Shown here: in pieces, positions 26,791 to 41,036 of the stretch | How positions within the stretch are numbered: the first letter of the stretch is position 1 | Layout: every line of letters starts with the position of its first letter | Assembly: GCF_022045235.1 (NCBI RefSeq) | Contig: NW_027266277.1 | Location: 8,556,001 to 8,620,000, forward strand | DNA: 64,000 nt | Source of the DNA: Haliotis cracherodii | Lineage: Eukaryota | Direction of reading: 5' to 3' | Made by a program: the position numbers and the translations under genes | Notes under the pieces: model-generated | What the model was told of the DNA's origin: nothing | The model's database searches: none | The model's input: only the letters and a program-made list of their open reading frames with translations

Positions 26791-29776
26791 GTGAAATGTG
26801 ACAGCATTTTATCATTATCGAATCTGAGTACGAAATTGAAAGGACGTTCACTATCTCATCAGTTAATGGAATTCCTATGTATTCGGGACACTATTGGCCA
26901 ACTGCGATAGGATACTGTTTATAATACGCATCTGCTACTTTGTCAACATATCTAGTATTTCCCCTCAACATGGGCTGTTTTCCTAATAAACTTGTAGCTA
27001 TGCCCTGTCGACACTTCCAGCCACAACTCCGTGCCCCCAACCCCCTGGGAGGAACATGCGCTACTTGCACATATCTGTGAAGATTACCAAAATAACTGTT
27101 ACGTCGAGGATAAACAAACAGCAGGGATGTGGAGATACTTCGACAGGCTAGGCCTGGGATGGCCAAGTCATTGCTGGATGCTGGAGGTACGGACTGACGA
27201 GGAACCATCACGGGTAGATGGGAGATTATGTTTGTTGAAAGCGGTGCCAATCTAAACATGCTAATGGAGTGTAGGCGGTCATGGTGGCTTGATTCAGTTC
27301 CAGGCCCACAGACACATACGCTCTGAAAAAATCCCACTTCTGAAAACGATAACGCTTGTATTTATCATATGAGTGTTTGGTAATGGAATATTTACTGAGT
27401 GGTAGCTAAATGTGCTAGGACTCGCGTATACTTGGAACACATCCACAGTGATGAGTTAGATGTGCTGAAAAACAGCGGGGATTTAAGGCACTGTGAGTTG
27501 GACACCACATGCAAATTTTACATTTTGTAGAAGCTCTAAATGTCAGTCATGATTGCATGATTCTAACCGTTATGTCATACATATAAGCTTGTAACTGGAA
27601 TGTCTATTATTTGAAAAACTTAGTTTCATTTGGCGAGAGACTAGTTTCCCAGTAACTGTGTATGTGACGTCACTTGGCGTGTTTAGACATCCCTGTCACA
27701 ACTAACCTAACATCTAGTACGTTATGTTCTGTCTTTTTAACTCATCAAAATTCTCTGACTGTTTTACCCCGTCGTCATTAGCGCGTTATTATCTCCATAT
27801 CGACCATTTTGTCAGAAATCTGCATCAGTGCTGGTGGCATCCCCCGCGTGAAACTCCTTCAAGCATCTACTTAGATTGATATATCTCCATCACACAATTG
27901 TCTCTAAGTAGGGATTCTGTCATTTTCAATTTATCAAAGACAAGCTTTTAGTTTTTTCAACATCGCCTTCCTTTGTGTTTGTTGTACTTTTTCCAAACAA
28001 TTTGTCTGTGCTCTTTTTGATACAAGTCTAGTAATTCGAGGTAAGTCGCTAAGTAGGTTGAGTGTGGTTGACAAATGTATTATTTCACCAAGGTATGCCT
28101 CTCCGTGGTGATTGTGTGATAAGATGCTGATGCCAGGACCCAGTGGGAGAATGGGGTCATAACTAGTTTAGAAACAGTTCTGGTATTTTGTTACCATGAC
28201 AACGCTGAATAAAATTAGGAAAGTGAGCATTATTCACCTAAGAACCATGACAGAATTGCTGGTATTCAAACGATCTAATGTTAAGGCCGTTTTATAGTGT
28301 AAACTAATTCGCCTTTCAAGTATACCTTATACTGGTTGGTCACCGTCCTGTGGTTACATGGTTGGGATATTGACTATGCGACTCCGAATTCCAACTCACG
28401 CATCCAGTCATCATTACATTCCTTTTAATCATAAGAAAAAAACCATATATGACTACCTGATATTAACAGTTCAGATTGTTTTAAACTTTCAGGGTGGCAC
28501 TATTTCTCTGTACCGTGTTGAATCTAAACCTGAGGGTGAATCAACCACCCCGCCCCCTTCCCCAGCCCCATTACCCAGACATGCCTTTCTTCAGACCCTG
28601 ACTCATTAAGGAGTTCTCTCAACCTGATTCAGATAAATCAGATGAAAACTATGATAATCAGCCTCAAACACATACCGTTCAGTGTTTAACAAACACCATT
28701 TACAACTTCATTATGTCACGTATTTTGTCTGTCTGATCTCTCCCTTGTAGGAGATTATACAATATTGACCGTGATTTTCATCATATTTGGTCAATATTTT
28801 ATGTCATGTCACCTCGTGTTTTGTTCGGTCAGATTTCCATCCACTATGATTGAAAAAATAGTTGAACAAATACAATCGCATCAAAGACAACTAAAATATT
28901 TTCTTTCTCATTCGATATGATTCATTCGTAAGCGGACTCGATTTCAGTGCCCCCTATCGCGTTCAAAGTGCACTTAATCCATGCGAGGCGGCTTGTCTAT
29001 TTGCAAACCACTATTGTCCCAATCCCATGCTGACTTGGACTGACGAAGACTTAGATTTCAAGAAAGCGAAGCAGATGTGGCAAAATTTTAGACTAATCTT
29101 TTTAAATAAATATTTGCCGAACTGTTGACGCAGTGTTGTGCCGCTTCATCTCCTTCTGTCTCGCGAGAACTGGTCACATGACTAGAGAAGATGTGTATCT
29201 CTGAGACAGAAGAGCTACACAAGGGCACTTAACCCCTTTACATTTAGCTCCAATTTTTCGCTTAAGTTTTAATTAAATCTGGAGCCATGCAGGCGCTGTC
29301 ACTAACAGAGACAAAGGGTCTTCAAACTGTTATTTAATCATATTATATTATGATAAAAGAACGAAAAAGGAACGAAGGTTGGATTCTGTATTTCGCCCTT
29401 TACGGGATGGGCCGTTTTACAAGTAGAAGCACTTAGGAATCCCCGGTTTGTGAGATGTCATTAATTGTCACGACACATTTGTAAATAGAACCTTTTTTTC
29501 TGTTTACAAGTGACACATTTAGTCCAACGTTTAGACTAACTTTCAGTCCTGGAAATAGATATATCTGATTAAAAACATATATCTACAAAATAAAATAATA
29601 TAATCCAAATGGAACACGTACAGGGCAATGCTTGATTTCAGCATAAAGCAGAGGCAATCTAGACTTACCAAATCCTTACAGACATGTATTGGATTCGTAT
29701 TTAAATGATCAACGTGAAGAGTTATTGAACTACATTTATCGCGTGTCTATATTTCTCTCTGACTGAGATGTGAGGA

Positions 29777-29910
29777 AATCTTGCAATAACATGAATATAA
29801 ACGTTTAGCAAAACAGTTGAAACAGACTTGGCACCACTACTTTACTGGCAACTAGACACTTATGATATCATGTAGGTACGTGGACTGTGATTCCACATGC
29901 CCGTTGATCT
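29777..29910 (+). repeat. Unique head of duplicated module, copy 1 (copy 2 at 31168-31301)
   Basis: AATCTTGCAATAACATGAATATAAACG...CCCGTTGATCT repeated at offset 1391, one substitution seen. Confidence 0.93.
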
Positions 29911-30115
29911 CACCTGTATGGCTGGTTCACTCTCACCTGTATGGCTGGTTCACTCTCACCTGTATGGCTGGTTCACTCTCACCTGTATGGCTAGTTCACT
30001 CTCACCTGTATGGCTGGTTCACTCTCACCTGTATGGCTGGTTCACTCTCACCTGTATTGCTGGTTCACTCTTACCTGTATGGCTGGTTCGCTCTCACCTG
30101 TATGGCTGGTTCACT
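29908..30115. repeat. 23-bp minisatellite (TCTCACCTGTATGGCTGGTTCAC), array 1, ~9 copies
   Basis: 23-bp period (CACCTGT at 29911, 29934). Confidence 0.95.
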
Positions 30116-31165
30116 CCAGCCTTACACAGACACCCTCATACTTTACTACAAGTACCAGCCCACACAGCCATCCTCCTAGTTCACTACAAGGACCAGCTCC
30201 ACACAGACACCCTCGTACTTCACTACAAGGACCAGCTCCAGACAGACATCCTCCTACTTTACCAGAAGGACCAGCCCACACAGCCACCCTCCTACTTCAC
30301 TACAACGACCAGCTCCACATAGACACCCTCCTACTTCACTACAAGGACCAGCCCACACAGATACCCCCTACTTCACTACAAGGTCAAGCTCCACACAGAC
30401 ACCCGCCTACTTCACTACAACGACCAGCTCCACATAGATAACCCCCTTCTTCACTACAAGGACCAGCTACATACAGACACCCTCCTACTACACAACAAGG
30501 ACCAGCCCACACAGCCACCCTCCTACTTCAGTACAACGACCAGCTCCACAGAGACACCTTTCCTCCTTCACATCAACGACCAGCTCCTCACAGACACCCT
30601 CCTACTTCACTACAAGGACAAGCTTCACAAAGATACCCTACTCCTACTTCACTACAAGGACCAGCTCCACACATACATCCTCCTACTTCACTACAACGAC
30701 CAGCTCCACACAGACATCCTCCTACTTCACTACAAGGACAAGCTTCACACAGACACCCTCCTACTTCACTACTATAACCACCTCCACACAGACACCCTCC
30801 TACTTCACTACAAGGACAAGCTTCACACAGACACCCTCCTCCTCCTTTACTAGAACGACCAGCTCCACATTGACATCCTCCTACTTCACTACAAGGACCA
30901 GTTCCACACATACATCCTCCTCCTACTTCACTACAACGACCAGCTCCACTCAGACATCCTCCTACTTCACTACAAGGACAAGCTTCACACATATACCCTC
31001 CTCCTACTTCACTACAAGGACCAATTCCACACATACATCCTCATCCTTCACTACAACGACCAGCTCCACACAGACATCCTCATCCTTCACTACAAGTACC
31101 AGCTTCACACAGATACCCTCCTCCTACTTCACTACAACGACCAGATCCACACAGACATCCTCCTT
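30116..31165. repeat. 39-bp minisatellite (CTACTTCACTACAAGGACCAGCTCCACACAGACATCCTC), array 1
   Basis: 38-42-bp units. Confidence 0.93.
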
Positions 31166-31298
31166 GCAATCTTGCAATAACATGAATATAAACGTTTAGC
31201 AAAACAGTTGAAACAGACTTGGCATCACTACTTTACTGGCAACTAGACACTTATGATATCATGTAGGTACGTGGACTGTGATTCCACATGCCCGTTGA

Positions 31299-31822
31299 TC
31301 TCACCTGTATGGCTGGTTCACTCTCACCTGTATGGCTGGTTCACTCTCACCTGTATGGCTGGTTCACTCTCACCTGTATGGCTGGTTCACTCTCACCTGT
31401 ATTGCTGGTTCACTCTTACCTGTATGGCTGGTTCGTTCTCACCTGTACGGCTGGTTCGCTCTCACCTGTATGGCTGGTTCACTCTCACCTGTATGGCTTG
31501 GTCGCGCTCAACTGAATGGTTGGTTCGCTCTCACCTGTATGGCTGGTTCGCTCTCACCTGTGTGGCTGGTTCACTCTCACCTGTATTGCTGGTTCGCTCT
31601 CACCTGTGTGGCTGGTTCACTCTCACCTGTATGGCTGGTTCGCTCTCACCTGTATGAATGGTTCACTCTTACCTGTACGGCTGGTTCGCTCTCACGTGTG
31701 TGGCTGGTTCGCTCTCACCTGTATAGCTAGTTCACCCTCACCTGTACGGCTAGTTCGCTCTCACCTGTGTGGCTGGTTCGCTCTCACCTGTATGGCTGGT
31801 TCACTCACACCTGACTGGTTCG
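31299..31822. repeat. 23-bp minisatellite, array 2, ~22 copies
   Basis: Same unit as 29908-30115, longer array. Confidence 0.95.
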
Positions 31823-32019
31823 CTGGCTGGCAGTGAAGTTGCTTCCTTCATTATTTCCCTAGACAAAGACGTTAACGAATGTCTCATGGGTGGAGTGGAC
31901 TATTCTATTGGTGAGGAAACAAACACGTATTGGAATATCCAGAAATCAGATCCTAAAGTACATCTACTCGTACAAGTGTTATCAGGGGTATCTAACACTG
32001 TTAAAAGTCAAATGACCCC

Positions 32020-34000
32020 GACGACCAACCCCACACAGATATTCTCCCACTCTACTACAAGGACCAGCCCCACACAGACATCCCCAAACATCACTAAAAC
32101 GACCAGCTCCACACAGACACCTTTCCTCCTTCACTTCAACGACCAGCTCTAAACAGACACCCTCCTCCTTCACTACAAGGACAAGCTTCACACAGATACG
32201 CTCCTCCTACTTCACTTCAAAGACCAGTTTCACACAGACATCCTCCTACTTCACTACAACGACCAGCTCCACACACACATCCTCCTACTTCACTACAACG
32301 ACCAGCTCCACACATACATCCTCCTCCTTCACTTCAACGATCAGCTCCACACAGATATCCTCCTACTTCACTACAAGGACCAGCTCCACACAGACATCCT
32401 CCGACTTCACTACAAGGACAAGCTTCACACAGATACCCTCCTCCTACTTCACTACAACGACCAGCTCCACACAGACATCCTCCTCCTTCACTACAACGAC
32501 CAGCTCCACAGAGACATCCTCCTCCTTCACTTCAACGACCAGCTCCAAACGGACATCCTCCTACTTCATTTCAAGGACCAGCTTCACACATACATCCTCC
32601 TACTTAACTACAAGGACAAGCTTCACACATACATCCTCCTACTTAACTACAAGGACCAGCTTCACACAGACATCCTCCTACTTAACTACAACGACCAGCC
32701 CCACACAGATACCCTCCTACGTCAGTCACTACAACGACCAGCTCCAATCAGACATCCTCCTACTTAACTGCAAGGACAAGCTTCACACAGATACCCTCCA
32801 CCTCCTTCACTACAACGACCAGCTCCACACGGACATCCACCTACTTAACTACAACGACCAGCCCCACACAGACATCCTTCTCCTCCTCCTTCACTACAAC
32901 GACCAGCTTCACACAGACATCCTCCTACTTAACTACAAGGACAAGCTTCACACAGATACCCTCCACCTCCTTCACTACAACGACCAGCTCCACACGGACA
33001 TCCACCTACTTAACTACAACGACCAGCTCCACACAGACATCCTTCTCCTCCTCCTTCACTACAACGACCAGCTTCACACAGACATCCTCCTACTTAACTA
33101 CAACGACCAGCCCCACACAGACATCCTCCTACTTCACTACAACGACCAGCTTCACACAGACATCATCCTACTTCACTACAATGGCCAGCTCCACACAGAC
33201 ATCCTCCTACTTCACTACAAGGACAAGTTTCACACAGATACGCTCCTCCTACTTCACTTCAAGGACCAGTTTCACACAGACATCCTCCTTCTTCACTACA
33301 ACGACCAGTTCCACACAGACATCATCCTACTTCACTTCAAGGACCAGCTCCAAACAGACATCCTCCTTCTTCATTACAACAACCAGCTCCACACAGACAT
33401 CCTCCTACTTAACTACAAGGACAAGCTTCACGCAGATACCCTCCTCCTACTTCACTACAACGACCAGCTCCAAACAGACATCCTCCTCCTTCACTACAAC
33501 GACCAGCTCCACAGAGACATCCTCCTCCTTCACTACAAGGACAAGCTTCACACAGATATCCTCCTACTTAACTACAAGGACAAGCTTCACACAGATACCC
33601 TTCTCCTTCACTACAACGACCAGCTTCACACAGACATCCTCCTACTTAACTACATCGACCAGCTCCACACAGATACCCTCCTACTTCACTACAAGGACAA
33701 GCTTCACACAGACATCCTCCTCCTTCACTACAACGACCAGCCCCACACAGATACCCTCCTACTTCACTACAACGACCAGCTTCTCACAGATACCCTCCTC
33801 CTTCACTACAACGACCAGCTTCACACAGACATCCTCCTACTTCACTACAACGACCAGCTTCACACAGACATCCTCCTGCTTAACTACAACGACCAGATCC
33901 ACACAGACATCCTCCTCCTTCACTACAACGACCAGCTCCACACGGACATCCTCCTACTTCACTTCAACGACCAGCCCCACACAGATATCCTTCTCCTACA
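32020..34000. repeat. 39-bp minisatellite, array 2, ~50 copies
   Basis: Units of 39/42/45 bp; translates as TSSTQTSSYFTTT. Confidence 0.95.
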
Positions 34001-37000
34001 CCACCGCTTCAAATTAGAATATTTGTTTAGGAATATCACTACATGTGTAGTCATCTTCAATAAGCATACAGCTAGTCAGTTTCAACTAGCATACATATTC
34101 AGTACTATCTCAGAAAACATTTTCTACGAGAATGGATATGAATGATTTTCGTTGAGTGGGACAAGAACAGCATATGTGATAAATCAAGTTTAAAGGCAAC
34201 CGCAAATGTTACGCTTAGTGTATCTTTAAGACAGATGCTTTTATATTGTTTTAAATGTGTCCGCACCGCCACATTGTATTCGATGCCTTTCATTAGGACT
34301 GACCTGCGTGAGGCGCTCAATAGACCAGGAAGAGTGTGCCGGGAGCTTGGTCTGTTTGCAGAATGTGCATCAGCACCTGTGTGCGACTTAGTGATTGCCG
34401 GTAACAGAAGCGTCTAACATGTCAGCACAGTAACATCTTACAGGTCCTTACGTGACTAGATATGGGACAGGCAAGGCAAACACCCTCTTCACCGCTCAGA
34501 CAGTGACAAAGCACAAGCGTAAGACAGGTAATGGTATATCAGACTTACGACAACACGCCTCAGCTGCATTTCGTCAATACAACAATCACGTCTCACCACC
34601 GCGTTACGTTGATAGATGATGCAACTGGGGAATTCGCACATGCATTTAGACGTTGAAATTGGCGTCCGGAGATTGTTGGTAAGTGGGTATTATTGGTAGT
34701 TACGTGATTGAACCGTATTTACTTCATAACTCGTGAAAATAACACTTTCTTGTATGAAGATGGGGCATTCTTAAACAATGGAGGCAAGTGATTCAAGACA
34801 AGAGTTCGTAATGCACTCTCAACACATAATTGACATCATGAATTGATGAAATTGTGTTCAAGGAAAATCCACCATGTTCAAGGTTGGCAGTTTTCAGAAT
34901 GGTCTACATGACACCTTTTGCTTGACATGCAAGAGGTCCTTCTGTCGAAGTAGTCCTTCAGCTTTCATTCTCAAGTCAGCTCGCAGATTTCCCCCAGCAC
35001 TACCACATCAATATGTACTCCTCCTAAATCTACATACCGAATCTTGTTAAGTTTGATTTGCATTTCTGTTGTAAACAGAATCAATTTCAGTATCTTTGTT
35101 CAAAATGTAAACCGTTAAAGTATCTCTCTTATGTTATGCTCCCACACAGTCGGACTACCTTCGTCAATCAACACGAGACATTCGGGAAGCTTGGTCCAAA
35201 CTTCACGGCAATAACCTCGGACGAATTAGAACTATGGGACGCTGCATCTCTTGTAAGCGCAGGACATCAAGCAGAGAGAACAATGCCGGTGGATTTACAC
35301 TTGCAATATTACACCAGTCACTCCAGCGCAATTATTGACCACTATAAGATAAATGGCAGTCACAACCCCGTCCTTTTGGATATTTAGAAGAAATAGTCTT
35401 TTTGGATTAAAACGGGCCTATTATCATGAAAGCCGGCGTCTCTTTTAGAAACTGTTCAGTAATGACGGTCGACGTGACTCTTAGATGAGCATGGTATTCA
35501 TTTGTGTCAATTGCAAATGTAAGATCTTCTGCAGAGACAATAGGTGAACATTCACAGTATGTAGCTATTCATTCATGCAACACGGTTCCTGCATCACGTT
35601 CAGTTATCATCAAACTGAGTTGTCATTACGTCCTGTTTAAACTTCATTGATCCGAAAATAACAACACTTCAATCAGTCATCGGTTTGTGTAAAAAATGAT
35701 TAAATTACAATAATTTCCTGACATGTTATGTGCTGAAATACAGTTTGTACTCAGTTCACATCTGCCGGTGGTGATTATTTACAAATAAATTCATCAACCT
35801 TAAGAGGTGAAATGACTGATTGACGAGTGGGCTTTACCCGACGACTATACAGGACCCGAACTTGATTGAATGCACGATTCCAAACTCAGTTGAAAATACA
35901 CAGGTTCAATCTTAAACAAGTGTGTCTTTTTCAGTCGCAAAATATGTTGAAGTTTTTCAAAGGACGTTCGATGAACTATTGACGAAGAAAAAAGAAGAAA
36001 AACCTGAAGATTATATGAACTGGTGGATAACAATAGGTAGCAATGCAACCCACTAATTTTGATCAAATACATTTTTTCAGGTACTTCATGTTGAGAAAAG
36101 TGTTAATCAACGTGCAGTGAATGTAGCGGAAAAGCCACGTCGGGATGACGTACGATATTAGCTATCTAGTTGCTGTCCATTGACGTTGTCAACAGCCAGA
36201 GTGCCAATTACATCTCAAAACAGCTTGTTTCTCACGATCGCCTCCAATTTCACCAATATTGCCGACATGGAGGGCTGTACCGACAAAGGTCTCATCCTTC
36301 CGGTGTTTTGGGTATCATCTCAAAAGTTCTAATTAATTCTGATCAACACAAGCCCCGAGGCATGTAACGCAAACACGACTAAACCAGCCAGGCAACATTA
36401 TGTTTGAGTTCCGTGAGGCTGTATGCATATCTCCATCTTCCGCACAAATCCCAGTTTCGATTTTTACAATATGTTTACATTTTCCCGAGTTGTGATCAGC
36501 GGGTTGACAACGTTCTGACCAATGTCGAACCCGAGCCGATGTCATCAACCATACAAACACAGGGGACCGCCATATCTGGATCTCCACCTGCAATCGCTCT
36601 CTTCTGCACGTTCGGACAGCGGGGAGGGAGCGGACAAAGAATGATTTTAGATGATGGACTTGGGTTAATCACAAAACAAACGTCCGTTGATTTTCAATGC
36701 CTTAGTCATGTTTGATCACCAAGAGGATCCATGTTTGACGTTTTGAGTGATTTGAGGAAAGTGAACAATTGGAAAAGTTTTTAATAGAGAACACTGGGAC
36801 GTATATCCGGTGACAGTGGAGTGCTGAACGCTCTCGGCATACGGTATGCCTCTGTTAATAGGGGCAATTCATCCTCAGCAAATACTGTCTGTTTACTTTC
36901 CAGAGATCAGACATATCCCTGATTATGAAGTCATTAATCTGAACAGAGTGTATTAACTATATGGGAAATAGTGCGGACTTGTATCTTGTCAGTAAACACA

Positions 37001-37242
37001 AATTATTAACAGTATGGCTTCTTGAGCCCCCTCAGCAAGTAGTGACATCCGTCCACCCGCAAGTACCAAATAGCAAATTCTGAATCCATCTTCTTTAATC
37101 CTCAGATCCTCCCTAGTGCAAGGACACGCCTTTCGAGTCTGAATCTCTTACCAGCCCACAGTCCTGAGCTTGGGACATGACACTCAACAGTAAAAATACA
37201 CACTAACCCTCACCCAACCCGTCAATGGGTGCAGTACAAGAG

Positions 37243-40200
37243 AGCAGCACCACCTCCCTCTCCACTACCTGTGGGTGACACTGAAACAATAGAGCACCCC
37301 TCCCTCCCCACTACCTTTGGGTGACACTGAAACAGTGGAGCACCCCTCCCTCCCCACTATATACACATTTTATTTAGATGTATTGTGGGCCATAGGCCCA
37401 TGACACAATGGTTACAGTGTGGTGATGGGAGTTGGAGATCCCAACAGACTTTGCCTTAGATTCATAGCTTTTAGAATATACCTGTGAGTGACACTGAAAC
37501 AGTGGAGTACCCCTCCCTCCCCACTACATGTAGGTTACACTGAAACAGTGGAGCACCCCTCCCCCCCCCCCCCCACACACACCTACCTGTGGGTGACACT
37601 GAAACAGTGGAGCACCCCTCCCTCCCCACTACCTGTGGGTGACACAAAAACAATGAAACACCCCTCCCTCCCCACTACATGTGTGTGACACTGAAACCGT
37701 GGAACACCCCTCCCTCCCCCCCACTTCCTGCAGGTGACACTGAAACAGTGGAGCACCCCTCCCTCCCCACTTCCTGCAGGTGACACTGAAACAGTGGAGC
37801 ACCCCTCCCTCCCACCTACCTGTGGGTGACACTGAAACAGTGGAGCACTCCTCCCTCCCCACATCTGTAGGTGAAATTGAAACAGTGGAGCACTCACCCT
37901 CCCCACTACATGTGGGTGACACTGAAACAGTGGACTACCCCTCCCTCCCCTCTACCTGTGGGTTACACTAAAACAGTGGAGCACCCCTCCCTCCCCACTA
38001 CCTGCAGGTGACACTGAAACAGTGGAGCACCCCTCCCTTCCCACTACCTGTGGGTGACACTGAAACAGTGGAGCACTCCTCCCTCCCACCTACCTGTGGG
38101 TGACACTGAAACAGTGGAGCACCCCTCCCTCCCCACTACCTGTGGGTGACACTGAAACAGTGGAGCACCCCTCCCTTACCACTACCTGTGGGTGACACTG
38201 ACACAGTGGAGTACCCCTCCCTCCCCACTACCTGTGGGTGACACTGAAACAGTGGAGTACCCCTCCCTCCCTACTACCTGTGGGTGACACTGAAACAGTG
38301 GAGCACCCCTCCCTCCCCACTACCTGTGGGTGACACTGAAACAGTGGAGTACCCCTCACTCCCCACTACCTGTGGGTGACACTGAAACAGTGGAGCACTC
38401 CTCCCTCCCCACATCTGTAGGTGAAAATGAAACAGCGGAGCACTCACCCTCCCCACTACCTGTGGGTGACACTGAAACAGTGGAGCACTCCTCCCTCCCC
38501 ACATCTGTAGGTGAAATTGAAACAGTGGAGCACTCACCCTCCCCGCTACATATGGGTGACACTGAAACAGTGGAGTACCCCTCCCTCCCCTCTACCTGTG
38601 GGTGACACTGAGACAGTGGAGCACCCCTCCCTCCCCACTACCTGTGGGTGACACTGAAACAGTGGAGCACTCACCCTCCCCGCTACATATGGGTGACACT
38701 GAAACAGTGGAGTACCCCTCCCTCCCCTCTACCTGTGGGTGACACTGAGACAGTGGAGCACCCCTCCCTCCCCACTACCTGTGGGTGACACTGAAACAGT
38801 GGAGCACTCACCCTCCCCGCTACATATGGGTGACACTGAAACAGTGGAGCACCCCTCCCTCCCCACATCTGTAGGTGAAATTGAAACAGTGGAGCACTCA
38901 CCCTCCCCACTACATGTGGGTGACACTGAAACAGTGGACTACCCCTCCCTCCCCTCTACCCGTGGGTTACACTAAAACAGTGGAGCACCCCTCCCTCCCC
39001 ACTACCTGTGGGTGACATTGAAACAGTGGAGCACCCCTCCCTTCCCACTACCTGCAGGTGACACTGAAACAGTGGAGCACTCCTCCCTCCCACCTACCTG
39101 TGGGTGACACTGAAACAGTGGAGCACCCCACCCTCCCCACTACATGTGGGTGACACTGAAACAGTGGACTACCCCTCCCTCCCCTCTACCCGTGGGTTAC
39201 ACTAAAACAGTGGAGCACCCCTCCCTCCCCACTACCTGTGGGTGACATTGAAACAGTGGAGCACCCCTCCCTTCCCACTACCTGCAGGTGACACTGAAAC
39301 AGTGGAGCACTCCTCCCTCCCACCTACCTGTGGGTGACACTGAAACAGTGGAGCACCCCACCCTCCCCACTACATGTGGGTGACACTGAAACAGTGGACT
39401 ACCCCTCCCTCCCCTCTACCCGTGGGTTACACTGAAACAGTGGAGCACCCCTCCCTCCCCACTACCTGTGGGTGACACTGAAACAGTGGAGCACCCCTCC
39501 CTTCCCACTACCTGCAGGTGACACTGAAACAGTGGAACACTCCTCCCTCCCACCTACCTGTGGGTGACACTGAAACAGTGGAGCACCCCACCCTCCCCAC
39601 TACCTGTGGGTGACACTGAAACAGTGGAGCACCCCTCCCTTACCACTACCTGTGGGTGACACTGAAACAGTGGAGCACCCCACCCTCCCCACTACCTGTG
39701 GGTGACACTGAAACAGTGGAGTACCCCTCCCTCCCCACTACCTGTGGGTGACGCTGAAACAGTGGAGCACCCCTCCCTCCCCACTACCTGTGGGTGACAC
39801 TGAAACAGTGGAGTACCCCTCACTCCCCACTACCTGTGGGTGACACTGAAACAGTGGAGCACTCCTCCCTCCCCACATCTGTAGGTGAAAATGAAACAGC
39901 GGAGCACTCACCCTCCCCACTACCTGTGGGTGACACTGAAACAGTGGAGCACTCCTCCCTCCCCACATCTGTAGGTGAAATTGAAACAGTGGAGCACTCA
40001 CCCTCCCCGCTACATGTGGGTGACACTGAAACAGTGGAGTACCCCTCCCTCCCCTCTACCTGTGGGTGACACTGAAACAGTGGAGCACCCCTCCCTCCCC
40101 ACTACCTGTGGGTGACACAAAAACAATGAAACACCCCTCCCTCCCCACGACCTGTGTGTGACACTGAAACAGTGGAACACCCCTCCCTCCCCACTTCCTG

Positions 40201-41036
40201 CAGGTGACACTGAAACAGTGGAGCACCCCTCCCTCCCCTCTACCTGTGGGTTACACTAAAACAGTGGAGCACCCCTCCCTCCCCTCTACCTGTGGGTTAC
40301 ACTAAAACAGTGGAGCACCCCTCCCTCCCCACTACCTGTGGGTGACGCTGAAACAGTGGAGTACCCCTCCCTCCCCACTACCTGTGGGTGACACTGAAAC
40401 AGTGGAGTACTCCTCCCTCCCACCTACCTGTGGGTGACACTGAAACAGTGGAGCACCCCACCCTCCCCACTACCTGTGGGTGACACTGAAACAGTGGAGC
40501 ACCCCTCCCTTACCACTACCTGTGGGTGACACTGAAACAGTGGAGTACCCCTCCCTCCCCACTACCTGTGGGTGACACTGAAACAGTGGAGTACCCCTCC
40601 CTCCCTACTACCTGTGGGTGACACTGAAACAGTGGAGTACCCCTCCCTCCCCACTACCTGTGGGTGACACTGAAACAGTGGAGTACCCCTCACTCCCCAC
40701 TACCTGTGGGTGACACTGAAACAGTGGAGTACCCCTCCCTCCCCACTACCTGTGGGTGACACTGAAACCGTGGAACACCCCTCCCTCCCCACTTCCTGCA
40801 GGTGACACTGAAACAGTGGAGCACCCCTCCCTCCCCACATCTGTAGGTGAAAATGAAACAGTGGAGCACCCCTCCCTCCCCACTACCTGTGGGTGACACT
40901 GAAACAATGAAACACCCCTCCCTTCCCACTACCTCCTGTGGGTGACACTGAAACAATGAAACACCCCTCCCGACACTGATACAGTGGAGCACCCCTTCCT
41001 CCCCACTACCTCCTGTGGGTGACACTGAAACAGTGG
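37243..41036. repeat. 46-bp minisatellite (CTACCTGTGGGTGACACTGAAACAGTGGAGCACCCCTCCCTCCCCA), ~80 copies
   Basis: 46-bp period (TGGGTGACAC at 38281, 38327); interrupted at 37360-37478. Confidence 0.97.
37360..37478 (-). mobile_element. 119-bp insertion in a minisatellite unit, resembling a truncated retroelement 3' end
   Basis: Splits CCCACTA|CCTGTG with TA repeated on both sides; minus strand ends ...GGGCCTATGGGCCCACAATACATCTAAATAAAATG (hairpin plus AATAAA). Confidence 0.5.

Noticed and set aside
29035-29080. Hammerhead ribozyme core (CTGACGA...GAAA)
   Set aside because: Stems I-III cannot be formed
30588-31034. Cys-rich metallothionein-like ORF (CSEVGGCLC)
   Set aside because: Antisense translation of the 39-bp minisatellite
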